From NCBI GenBank assembly GCA_014905635.1, contig JABVCE010000015.1, positions 496,001 to 560,000 of the forward strand: DNA of 64,000 nt, read 5' to 3'. The stretch is from Scenedesmus sp. PABB004. Its lineage: Eukaryota. Shown here one piece after another: positions 38,506 to 50,224 of the stretch. The translations under genes were made by a program, and so were the position numbers. Positions within the stretch are counted from its first letter, which is position 1; each line of letters starts with the position of its first letter. The notes under the pieces are model-generated. The model did no database searches, was not told where the DNA came from, and worked only from the letters and a program-made list of their open reading frames with translations.

Positions 38506-41500
38506 ATGACCACCGAGACCGCCTACGATGCCAAGGCCTACGATGACAAGATGAAGGAGTAGTGCGTGGCGCCGCGCGCCGCCCCCGGGGCGCCGGCGGC
38601 GCCGCGCGGCGCGTGGGCGGGCGCCGCTGATGGGCCGCCCCTCGCGCGCGCGCCGCCCCGCCCGCAGCATGGGCGCCGCCAAGGGCGAGGGCGGCGAGAC
38701 CTTCTTCACCGAGTGGGAGGAGACCTTCGAGTCGTTCGACCAGATGGGCCTGCACGAGAACCTGCTGCGCGGCATCTACGCCTACGGTGCGCCGCGCCCC
38801 CGCGCCGCGCCGCGCCCCCGCCACGCGCGCCGCGCAGCCGGGACGCGCCCGCCACCGGCGGCGGGGCGCTGGCGGCGGCGGGGCGCGACGGCGGCGGCCG
38901 CCGGCCGGCGGCGCGCGCGGAGCAGCGGCGGCCGCCGGCCGGCGGCGCGCGCGGAGCAGCGGCGGCGCCGGCGGCCGCCGGCGCGCGGCCGCCGCCGGGC
39001 GCCGTCTCGCCGGCGCCGCCGGCGCCGCCAGTTGGCGACTGCGCCGGAGCGCGCACATGCACGCATGCGCGCACGCACGCGAGCCGGCCGGCCGGCACGG
39101 CCCGGGCCGACCCGCGGCCGCCCTCGCCGCCCGACGCCCTCGCCGCCGCCGCCGCGGCGCCCCCCAGGTTTCGAGAAGCCCTCCGCGATCCAGCAGAAGG
39201 GCATCGTGCCCTTCACCAAGGGCCTCGACGTCATCCAGCAGGCGCAGTCGGGGACGGGCAAGACCGCGACGTTCTGCGCGGGCATCCTGAACAACCTCGA
39301 CTACAACCTGCTCGACTGCCAGGCGCTCGTGCTCGCGCCGACGCGCGAGCTCGCGCAGCAGATCGAGAAGGTCATGCGCGCGCTCGGCGACTACCTGCAG
39401 GTGCGGCGCGCGGCGCGGGGACGCGGCGGGGAGGCGGGGAGGCGGCGGCGCGGGCGCGGGCGCGGCGAGGCGGTGGCGGGTGCTGCAGGCAGCAGCGGGG
39501 AGGAGCGGGCAGGGAGTGGGCCGCGGCGGCGGCGGGCAGCGGCGAGGAGCGGTAGCGAGCAGGAGGAGGCAGCGCCGGCAGCGCGCGGCGGCGGCACCTG
39601 GTGTTTGGTCTGGTGCCATGCCATGACGTTGGTCTCGACCTGGCCCGCACCATCGGCATGGCACCAGACCAAACACCTGGGACCCACCTCGCCAGCGGCC
39701 AGCGGCAGCCGAGGGCGCGCAGCCGCTGGGCTGCGCAGCAGTCGCCGGGGCGCGCAGCAGCCGCCGGCGGCCCGCGCCGTCCTCGCGCGCCGCCTGGCCG
39801 CCCGCCCACGACACCCGCCCGGCCGCGCCGCGCCCGCGCGCAGGTCAAGTGCCACGCGTGCGTCGGCGGCACGAGCGTGCGCGAGGACGCGCGCATCCTC
39901 TCGTCCGGCGTGCACGTCGTCGTCGGCACGCCCGGCCGCGTGTTTGACATGCTCCGCCGCCGCTGCCTGCGCGCCGACTCGATCAAGATGTTCACGCTCG
40001 ACGAGGCCGACGAGATGCTCTCGCGCGGTGCGCGGCGCTGCGGCGCTGACGCGGCGGCGCGGGGGCGCGGCGTGCCGGGGGCGCGCGGGGTGCAGCCCGG
40101 CGTGCGGCGCGCGGCGCGCGGCGCGGCCTGGCCCGCTGCTGGCCCTCGAACCGCTGGCCCCTGACCCGCGGCGCCCCGGCCGCACCTCGCGCCCCAGGCT
40201 TCAAGGACCAGATCTACGACATCTTCCAGCTGCTGCCGCCCAAGCTCCAGGTGGGCGTGTTCTCCGCCACGCTGCCCCCGGAGGCGCTGGAGATCACGCG
40301 CAAGTTCATGAACAAGCCGGTGCGTTCAAAAACCGCGTGTTCGAACGGGCCGGGGGCGCCGGCCGGGTTTGAATGCGACCAGCGGCAGCGGGTCTGCGGC
40401 GGGAGCGGCGGCGGCAGCGGCGGCAGGCAGGCTCCCCCTCGCTCCCGCCCGCGCCGCCGCGCCGCGCCGCGCGGCGCCGCGCCCACGCCGCCCGCCGCGC
40501 CCGCGCCGCTCTCGCGCGCGCGCCCAGGTGCGCATTCTGGTGAAGCGCGACGAGCTCACGCTGGAGGGCATCAAGCAGTTCTACGTGAACGTCGAGAAGG
40601 AGGACTGGAAGCTCGACACGCTCTGCGACCTCTACGAGACGCTCGCGATTACGCAGTCGGTCATCTTTGCCAACACGCGCCGCAAGGTGCGCGCGCGGTG
40701 GCTTTGGGCGGTTTGATGAGTTTTGAATTTCGAACTCGATCGACAGACGGGGCGGGGCGGGCTGCGGGAGGGGCTCGCCGCGTGGCGGGGGGCGGCCGCG
40801 GCGGCTGCGGCGCACGCACGCGCCGCCCGCCCGTGTGCCCCGCGCACTCCGCCGACTACTCCGCCCCGCCGCGCCCGCCCCAGGTCGACTGGCTGACCGA
40901 CAAGATGCGCGAGCGCGACCACACCGTGTCGGCGACGCACGGCGACATGGACCAGAACACGCGCGACGTCATCATGCGCGAGTTCCGCTCCGGCTCCTCC
41001 CGCGTGCTCATCACGACCGACCTGCTCGCGCGCGGCATCGACGTGCAGCAGGCGCGCATGCGCATGCGCGCGCGCCTGGCCCACGCGCCGCCGCCGCGCG
41101 CCGCCGGCGCCGCGCGCGGGTGGTGTGAGGAGGGCGGCCCGCGGCGCGCGCGCGCGCCGCAGCTCGAATCCAAATTTCAAATTTCTGACGCCCCCGCCCC
41201 GCCGCCGCGCGCCGCACCACCCCCGCCGCGCGCACAGGTCTCCCTGGTCATTAACTACGACCTGCCCACGCAGCCCGAGAACTACCTGCACCGCATCGGC
41301 CGCTCCGGGCGCTTCGGGCGCAAGGGCGTGGCGATCAACTTTGTCACGCGCGACGACGAGCGCATGCTGCAGGACATCCAGCGCTTCTACAACACGGGTG
41401 CGTGCGCGGCCGCAGCGGCGTTGTTTTTTGTTGGTGCTTTCGTTCGTTGCTTTTGCCTTTGTTTTGTGTCGACGCGTCCCGTGCGACGCCGCCGCGCGGG

Positions 41501-41611
41501 CCCTGGCTCGGGCGCGCGCGCGCGCGCGCCCCTCACCCGCACCGCCGCCGCTGCCGCCGGCGCCGCGCAGTCATCGAGGAGCTGCCCTCCAACGTGGCGG
41601 ACCTCATCTAA
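38506..41611 (+). CDS. EIF4A: Translation initiation factor eIF4A (DEAD-box helicase), about 9 exons
   Basis: [89 protein letters not shown]. Confidence 0.97.
39602..39675. mobile_element. 74-bp element with perfect 21-bp terminal inverted repeats flanked by CCTGG direct repeats (MITE-like, or a hairpin RNA), in an eIF4A intron
   Basis: CCTGG[TGTTTGGTCTGGTGCCATGCC...GGCATGGCACCAGACCAAACA]CCTGG. Confidence 0.55.
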
Positions 41612-42997
41612 GCGCCGCCCACGGGCGCCGCGGCGCGCGCGGCGGCGGGAGCCGGCGCGCGCCCCGCGCGAGCGGGGCGGCGCGTGGCGACGGCAGCACG
41701 CGGCGCGGCGCGCGGGCGGGCGGGCGGGCGGGGCCCCGCGGCGGGGGCCCCGCCCCGAGCTTGGGGCCAGGATCAGGCGGAGCGCTTGGTTTGTGCCTTG
41801 CAGCGGCGGCGGCGCGGGAGCAGCAGCGATTTCAGCAGCGGCGGCGGCAGCCGGGCTTGCAGGAGCCAAAGGGCCGGGCAGGTGTAGTGTGTAGGCGCTA
41901 GACGCGGGCGCGGCCCGCCCGGGCGGGCGCCGCGCGGCGGCGGAGCGTGCTAGTGTGCGTGTGACGGCGCCGCCAGGGCCGGCGGCGGCGACGGCGGCGG
42001 CCGCGGTGTGTGCGAGCGGGAGGCGGCGGCGCGTGCGGGCGCGGCGGGCGGCCGCAGCGCTGCGTGCGCTGCGGCGCCCGCGCGCGCCCGGTGCCACGGG
42101 CCCGGCGGCGCCGCGCCCGCCCCCGCCAGAGCGGGGCGGCGCGGCCCGGGCGCCGTGATTGGCGGGCGCTGCGCGGCGCGCGTGCGCACGCGCGGCCGGG
42201 GCGGCGCGGCAGGGCCCGCGGCCGGGCGGCGGCGGCGCCGGGCGAGTGCATGCCGGCTGCGGGGGGGGCTGGGGCCCGCGGCCCCTGCGCCGCCGGTGGC
42301 AGCAGCGCCCGGCGGCCGCCGCGCGGCCGCGTGGCCGAGAGGGGGCCCGTCGCGGCGCCCGACTGGCCGCGCGGCGCGGCGGCGGCAGCAGAGACCACAG
42401 GCGCATGCGCGCGCGTTCCCGCGCGCGTTCCCGCGCGCGCTCAGCGGGCGGCGGCGGCGGCGCGCTGTGGCAACTCTTTTCTAAGCAGCCGGCGGCGGCG
42501 GCCGGTCAGCGAGCGATCGGACGCACAGTCGCAGACGGTTCCACGCTCACGCAGACTTGACACGCGGCTGCAGCAGCAACAGCCCGTTCCGCTCAGCTCA
42601 GCAGTTGCAGCGAGCGGGCCGCCCTTGCCCGCCGTCCCGTGAGTTCGCTTCCTAGCCAGCCTGGTGATTGTTGATGATCATCTGACACGACACGGCGCGG
42701 CGCCCGCGCCGCCCGTGGGGGGTGTGATGCAGCAACGCCCTACCCGCCGCCCTCTGCCGCGCTGGGGCCTGCGGCGAATGACGACGACAACACGCACCAA
42801 TCAACAAACGCACCGCCGACGCGGGGTGGTGTACAGTCAGCGGCGCCGCCATCACGCGCGGTGCTGTGGCGCGCATGGCCAACAGATGACAACAACAGCA
42901 ATGACGTCACAGCCAACAGCCGCCGCCTCGCTCTCGCCCGCGGCAGCACGGCAGCGCCACGATTCAAACAGAAAGCCCCCCCTCCCCCCGGCGCCGC

Positions 42998-44353
42998 TCA
43001 CGCCGCCTCACCGGCCGCGGGGGGCTCCGCCGCCGCCGCCGTGTCGGGCGCGGCGCCGCCGTCGCCGGCGCCGTCGCACAGCGGCGCCACGTCGGCGCCA
43101 GCGCTCACGCACGCGCCTGCCTTGGCGGCCGCCGCCGCGTCGCCCTGGGCCACTTCGTGGTGGTAGAGGCTGGTGCTGCTGCTGCCCATGCTCCCGGCGC
43201 CCTGGTCGGGCCCGGCGCCGCCGTGCGGCACGTCGCCGCCGCTGCTGCTCGTGCGCGACACGCGCGGCAGGCCGCCGAGCGGGCCGCCCGCGAGCGCGGC
43301 CGCGGCGGTCGCGGCGCCGCCGCCGATGCCCGGTGACATGCACTCCAGCGCCCCGCCCGCGCCGAGCGGCAGCCGCGCGGCGGTGATCGCCGCCACCGGC
43401 GACGCGCCCGCGCCGCCCGCGCCGCCGCCGGCGCCGGCGCCGCCCGCGCCGCCGCTGCTGCCGCCCGCCGGCAGCGCGGCAGCGAAGCTGCCAGAGCCGC
43501 CGGACGAGCCGAGCGAGCCCGCGCGCGCCACGCCGCCGTCGGCGCCCCCGCCTGCGCCCACGGGCGGCTGCGGCGCGGCCTGGCCGAGCGGCAGCAGGTG
43601 CCCCGCCGCCGGCGCGGGCAGGTGCGGGCTGGGCGTGCCCGGCGGCGCGCCGCCGCCGCCGCCGCCGCCGGCGTGCGCGTGGCCCAGCGCCGCCACATAG
43701 CCGCCGGGGCCAAACGCGCCGGCGGCGCCGTAGGGACCGTTGGGCGCCGACGGCGCGCGCGGGTGCGGCGGCATCGGCGGCGGCGCGCCGTAGCCGCCCG
43801 CGCCGCCGGGGCGCGGCGCGGCGTGCATCATCGCCGCCGCGGCGTAGTGCTGCTGCGCCGCGGCGGCGCCCATGGCCGCCACCACGGCCGCGGCGCCGGC
43901 GTACATGCCCGCGCCGGGCGGCGCAAAGCCGCCGGCGCCGGCGGCCGGGTCGCCGCCGCCCGGCACCGGCGGCGCGCCAAAGCCGGCGCCGCCGCGCGGC
44001 GGCGCAAAGCCGGCCGGCGCGCGGCCGTAGCCCCCGGGCGGGCCGCCGCCGTTGGCGCGGCCGCCGGGGAAGGCGCCCGCGGGCAGCGCGCCGGCACCGA
44101 GCGCCATCGGCGCGCCGCCGCCCGCAAAGCCCGCGCCGTCCGGGCCGCCGCCGGCGTGCGCGTAGCCGCCGGCGTAGGGAAACGCAGCAAAGCCCCCCTG
44201 CGGCCCCAGCGGCGGCGCGCCGCCGTCGGGCCGGCCGCCGTAGCCGCCGCGCGGCGCGGGGGGCCGCCGCCGGCGCCGCCGGCGCGCAGGCCCGTGGCGC
44301 CGGCAAAGCCCGCCTGCTGCTGCGGCGGCGGCGGCTGCGGCTGCTGCGCGCCC

Positions 44354-44410
<57 letters not shown>

Positions 44411-46188
44411 ATCGCGCCGGCAGCGGCGTATCCCGCGGCCGGGTGCGCCTGCGCCGGCGCAGCCGGCGCAGCCTGCTGCGCGGCCTGCTGCGCCGCCGCC
44501 TGCTGCGCCGGCGGCGGGCCGCTGCCCTGCGTGTGCAGCGCGCTGCTGCTCGAGCTGCTGCTGATGCTGCCGCCGCCGCCGCCGCCGGCGCTGCCGCCGC
44601 CGCGGCTGGCGCTGCCGCTCGCTGCACCGAGCGCCGGGGCGAGGTGCTTCGCGCCGCCGCCGGTGCGGCTGCCCTCGAGCGCGCGCTTGACCGTCAACAC
44701 CTTGCGCTCAAGGCACTGCGGCGTGGGCGGGCGCGCAGCGCGGCGGGGGCGCGCGGGCGGCGCATCGGCGCGCGGCGCCGGCGCCGCGCCGTCGCCGCGC
44801 CGCCCTCCGGCGCGCTGCGCCGCCCAGCGCCGCGCTGCTGCGCTGCGCGCGCCTGCATGTGCAGGCCGGCGATGACGGCAGGTATGACGCGGGGGTCACT
44901 GAACTCACAGAACGCATAGCCCTGCGGCACGCCCGGGGGGGCAGGGGCGGGCGTCGGGGCGCGCCTGAGGCACAGGCGCGGCGGCGAGCCTCGCGCACGC
45001 ACGCGCGCACGCACCTTGCTCTTGCCGGTGTTTTTGTCCATGACCAGGTTGAAGCTTCGCAGCGAGCCGTACGGCGCGAGCAGCTCCTTCACCTGCAACG
45101 CAGACGCGGACGCGGGCGCGGACGCGGCGGCGAGGTGCGAGGCACGACGTGCGGGGTGTGTGTGTGAGCGATGGCGTGGTCGCGCGAGGCGCGCGACGCT
45201 CGCGTGGGGGCGCTGGCGGCGAGCGCGCGGCGGCGGCAGAGCGGGACGGCGGGCGGCGGCGGGCGCGCCTGCTCGTCGGTGAACGCGCAGGGCAGCCCGC
45301 CCACGAAGATCTTGTTCCACGAGTCCTCCACGACCGTCTTGCACATCGGCAGGTGCACCGTGACGAGGCTCGGGTCGGGCGTGGCGGGGCCGAGCGCGAG
45401 CGCGTCAGCGGCGCAGTAGTTGCTCGGGCGCCGGATCTGCGCGGGCGGGGGCGGCGGCGGCTGGGCGCTCTGCGCGGCGGGGCGGGCGCGGCGCGGCGCG
45501 CGGCGCGTGCAGCGCGCGGCGCGTGCAGCGCGCGGGAGACGGTGCTGCGCCGCGCCGCGCCTTGAGGTTTGTGTCTCGGAAGACGATGCCGTCAAAGGCC
45601 ATCGCGTTGCTCGCCTCCTCAACGCTGCGCAGCTCGAGGAACGCGTAGCTGCGGTCGCTGCTCACCTTGGCCGCGAGCACCGCGCTGCCCGGCGCGGCGA
45701 CGCCGCCCGCGCTGCGCATCGCGGCGTCAAAGAAGGCGCGCAGCTCCTCCTGCGGCGGCGGCGGGGTGGGCGGCGGGGTGGGCGCGGCATGGCGGGCGCG
45801 GGGCGCTGCCGGCGCCAGCAGGCCCGCCGTGCGCCGCCGTGGGGCGCTGTGTGCCGCCGCGGGCCGTGCGCCGCGGGACCCCGCCGCGCACCTCCTTGGT
45901 GCCCTCGGGGATGCCGCCGACGTAGAGGCGGCGCGCGTTCTTGAGCAGCTGCGGGTCCTTGGCCTGCTGCTGCACCTGCAGGCCGCTCAGCCACGATCGA
46001 AAGTGCCCGAGCTTTGCCTGCAGCGCGGCGATCTGCTCGTCCTTCTGCCGCAGCAGCTCCGCCACGTCCTCCGGCTCGGGCGCGTGCGCCGCGTGCTGCT
46101 GCGACGGCGGAACGCCCTGGCCCACGTGCCCGCGCGGCGTGCGCGGCGCGTCGTGCTGCGCCGCGTCGGCGCCGCCGCGCGAGTTCAT
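42998..46188 (-). CDS. U2AF65-like RNA-binding protein (two RRMs) with a long Gly/Ala/Pro/Gln tail; apparent 1-nt frameshift at about 44260
   Basis: [95 protein letters not shown] match U2AF65 RRM1 and RRM2. Confidence 0.82.
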
Positions 46189-46908
46189 GGCCGGCGCTCG
46201 GCTGGGCGCTGCGTCTGCGGGGCGGGGCGGCGGGGCGGACGGGGTGGGCGCGGGGCGCCGGCCGGGCCGCGCGCAGGGCGCGCGGCGCTGCTGCCGCGGC
46301 GGCAGCGGGCGCCGCGCGGGCGCCGCCCGGCGCCCTGCCGCGCTGTGCGGCCTGCTGGCGTTTCGAAACGCGACACCAGCACGCCGACGCGGCGCAAGGA
46401 GGGCGGCTGCGGGCAGATCTTCGCTGCCCGAGCGCGCGAGCGCCCGCGCCGCGCCGATCCTGCCCGGCGCGCCCCGCGGCACCCGGAAGTCGACTGGCAC
46501 GCTTTCTGCAAGCCACCAGGAGCCAGCGCAGGCGGTCCTGCGCGCCCGGGCTGCCCGCCCGCTGCGCGCGCGCGTGAGCGCGCACCTGCTCGCCCCGTCC
46601 GCTGCGCCTTCTGCTGCGACGGCTCGCTCACGGGGCTGTGCGTGCGCTTGGTCAGGCCGCCTCGCGACACGGGCAGCTCGTGGGCGTGCGCGAGCATGTG
46701 CCCGGCGCCTGCATCGTCCGGCGGGACCGCCCGGCTGCTGGCGGTCGGCCCACACGGCGCTGGATCTGCCGCCGCGCTGCCGGGCTGCCGGGGCTGCCCC
46801 GCCGCCGCGGCAGCCGCGACGGCGCGCGCGGTTGGGCGACGCCAGGGCTTGGCCGGCGCCGGCCGCTTACCCCCTCCGACCACGCACAACGGCCCCCTCC
46901 CCCTGCAC

Positions 46909-47751
46909 TCACTTGGCGGGCGCCGCCGCCGCCGCGGCGCTCTGCCGGGCCTCGGCTGCCTGGCCCTCTGCGCGGGGCGGCGGCGGCGGCGGCGGCCGCG
47001 TGTGGGTGGGCTCAGGCCCGCGCTCTGCAAGCATGCAGCCTGCGCGCGACCCGGCCCGGCGGCAGCGCACGACCCACCTGGGCTGTTCTTCCAGCCGTAC
47101 CAGCGGCTGAGCTGATACAGCTGCACCGTCTCGTTGCTCGCGTGGCAGGCGAGCAGCAGGTAGTTGCGCGGCTGCACCATCCACGCGAACCGCATGAACA
47201 GGCAGCTGTACACGCACATCGCTGCGCAGCGGCGCGGCCGGCGCGGGCGCCATGTGAGCGAGGCGGCGAGCGGCGCCGCGCTGCGGCGGCGGCGGCGGCG
47301 GCGCGGCGGCGGCGGCGGCGGCGGCTGCGCGCGCCTGAGGTCATGTTGGGTGAGATGCAGTCGGGCGTCTTCTGCATGTCAGCGAGGCCCTGCGGGGCGC
47401 GCGGGGCGGCGCGCGGTCGGGTCGCGCGAGGCGCGCCGGGTTGGGCGCGCCGCGCCGTGCCGCGCCGCGCCGTGCCGCGCCGCCTCACCGCCAGCACAAA
47501 GCCTGCGGCGCGGCGGCGGCGGGCGCAGGGGTGGGCGGGCTTGGTCTTCGCCGGGGCGGCGGGCCGCCGCGCCGGCGCAGCGGCAGCGCTGCGCTGCGGC
47601 GCGTCCGCAGACCGCCGGCGGCCGCGCTGGCTCACTCACCCCAGTTGGCGACCGGGCCCCAGAAGTGCGTGGTCTTGGGCCCCGTGGGCGAGTTGACGAA
47701 CGCCGAGAAGCGCTGCGCCAGCGTGGCGCCGGCCTTGGCGGGCGCGGACAT
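46909..47751 (-). CDS. MPC1: Mitochondrial pyruvate carrier subunit, 5 exons including a 14-nt microexon
   Basis: [82 protein letters not shown]. Confidence 0.93.
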
Positions 47752-48198
47752 CGTGCTCGCTCGCTGCTCTGCGGTCGGGGCGCCGCCGCCCAGTCCCGGC
47801 CGCCTGCACGCTCGCGCCGCCTGGCAGATCTGGGAGGCCGGGTCTCAGCGCTGCCTGGCGCGGCCCGCGGGGCGGCGGCGGCGGCACAGGGGGTGCGCGG
47901 CGGGCGGCGGCGGGCTGTCGGCAGCGGACGCGCGCCGGGTGGGGGCGCTGCGAGAGGGCGTGGCGTGACCCGGCGTGCGGCGTGGTCTCGGATGGCGAGC
48001 GGGGTAAGGTCCGATCGGGCACCGGGGCACCGAGCGGGCGGGAGGGCTCAGCACAGCCCTCGGGGACGCCAGCCCTCTCGCACGGCGCGCCCATCACGCC
48101 CGCCAGCTCGCACGATCACACGCCAGCCTTTCGCTGCGACCGCCACGCACGCTGCCGAGCCGCCAGCCCCCCGGGCTGCACGGGGACACGTCGCAAGA

Positions 48199-49865
48199 AT
48201 GCGCGGCCTTCGCGTGGCGCCGCTGGCGCTGTTCGCGCTGCTGATCGCGGCCGGCTCCGCTCAGGCGGCCGCCAAGGAGAAGAAGAAGGCGGCGGTCACG
48301 CACAAGGCGCGCGTCCGCGGCAGCGGCGGGAGCAGCAGCAGATGCGCCCGCCCCCGCCGCGCCTCCGCGCGCCGCCCGGCGCCCCCGGCAGCGCCGCTCA
48401 CGCCGCGGTCGGCCCGCTTGCGCAGGTCTACTTTGACATCGAGATCGACGACAAGCCCGCGGGTGGGGCGCCGGCGCGGCCGCCAACCGCCGCAGCCGCA
48501 GCAGGAGCGGCCCCGCGCGCGCAGCGCCGCGCCGCGCCGCCGCCCACCGCGCGCCCGCCCGCTCCCGGGTGCCGCAGGGCGCATCGTGATGGGCCTGTTC
48601 GGCGACGTCGTGCCGAAGACGGTCGAGAACTTCCGCGCGCTCTGCACGGGCGAGAAGGGCATGGGCAAGAGCGGCAAGCCGCTGCACTACAAGGGCTCCA
48701 TCTTCCACCGCGTGATCCCCCAGTTCATGCTCCAGGGCGGCGACTTCACGCGGTGCGCCCGCGCGCGCCGCGCGCCGCGCCGCGCCCACCGCGCCCGGCG
48801 CCGCCCGCACCGCTCGGCCCGCGCCGCGCGCGCGCGGCTCCGCGCCGCCCCCGCCGCCGCCCGGCCGCCGCGGCCGCCGCCGCCTGCCGCGCCGCAGCGG
48901 CGACGGCACCGGCGGCGAGTCGATCTACGGCGAGAAGTTTGAGGACGAGAACTTCAAGCTGAAGCACAAGGGCCCCGGCTACCTCTCCATGGCCAACGCG
49001 GGTGCGCGCCATGCGTGGGGGGCGGTGATGGAGTGATGATGATGCACATGCAGCAGCGCGGCAGCCGCCGCGCGCGCTTTGGCCACACGCGGCGCGCTCC
49101 GGGCGGGGCGGCGTCCGCCGTCGGGACGCCCGGCGGGGCCTGACCTGTGCTCCCGGCCCGCCCGCCCGCGCCCGCGCAGGCCCCGGCACCAACGGGTCCC
49201 AGTTCTTCATTACCACCGTGAAGACCGCGTGGCTGGACGGCCGCCACGTCGTCTTCGGCAAGGGTGCGTGCGCGCAGCGCGCGGCGGGGCGCGGCGCGCG
49301 GCGCGGCGCGCGGCGCGCGGTGCGGCGCTGCGCGCGGGGCGCGGGCGGGCGGGCGGGCGGGGTCAGCGGGCAGCGCCAGCTGGCAGCAGGACGCTGGCGG
49401 CGCGCAGCACACGCCAGCGGGCAGCGCGCCGGCGCGCTGGCGCGTCCGTCGCGTCCCACCCGCGCGTGTCATCGCCGCCGCGCCATCGCGTCCACGCATC
49501 AACGCCACGCCCGGCGCGGCCCCGGCGGGCGCCCTCCCGCGCGCGCGCACCTGGCGCGCCTCTGCAGTGATCGAGGGAATGGACGTGGTGTACGCGGTGG
49601 AGGCGGTCGGCAGCGGCGGCGGCAAGACCAGCAAGAAGGTGTGTTTGCTTGTTTATTGTTTCGACCGTGTGCTGCTGCTCCTGCTGCTGCTGCTGCTGCT
49701 GCTTGGGGCCGAGCCCAGTTCTTTGCAGCATGGCTGCGGCGCGCGCGCGCGGGGCACGTCGGCCCGCGCTCGCGCGCTCGCTCACGCCGCGGCACCGCCG
49801 GCGCTGCCGCCGCTGCCCGCCAGGTGGTGATCGTCGACTCGGGCGAGCTCAAGGAGACGAACTGA
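48199..49865 (+). CDS. Secretory-pathway cyclophilin (peptidyl-prolyl isomerase, CypB-type), 7 exons
   Basis: Signal peptide; [95 protein letters not shown]...|VVIVDSGEL. Confidence 0.95.
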
Positions 49866-50039
49866 GCTGAGCGCGAGGCGCACGGACACAGCCGGAGCAC
49901 GGCGGCGGCGGCGGCGACGGGCAGCGGGCTGCGGGCGGGCGGCGGCGGGCGCGGCGCGCCGGCGGGCCAGCGGCCGGCCGGCGCGCGCCCCACGCCGCCG
50001 CCGCTGCCGTGTCGCGCCGCGCCTCGCCGCGCCGCACAG

Positions 50040-50224
50040 TGCTGCGGGGAATGGACGTGGTCGCGAGCGTGGAGCGGCTAGGGACCCAGGGGGGCAAGCC
50101 AACGGGGCGGGTGCGGATCGCCGACTCGGGCGAGCTTCCAATGCTGCGCCGCATGGCGGGCGGCGGCGGGCCGCTCGCGGCTGGTGCAGGCGCGGACGAC
50201 GCGGACGGCGAGCAGCTTGACTGA
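50040..50224 (+). CDS. Candidate alternative terminal exon of the cyclophilin
   Basis: CACAG|TG acceptor in the same phase as the exon at 49568. It encodes (V)LRGMDVVASVERLGTQGGKPTGRVRIADSGEL..., a second cyclophilin C-terminus. Confidence 0.7.

Noticed and set aside
40713..40750. Box C-like TGATGA in an eIF4A intron
   Set aside because: No matching CTGA box D or terminal stem was found.
49033..49143. Possible box C/D snoRNA in a cyclophilin intron (GTGATGA...CTGA)
   Set aside because: The TGATGA is part of a GAT run, the CTGAC sits where a branch point is expected, and there is no convincing terminal stem or rRNA guide.
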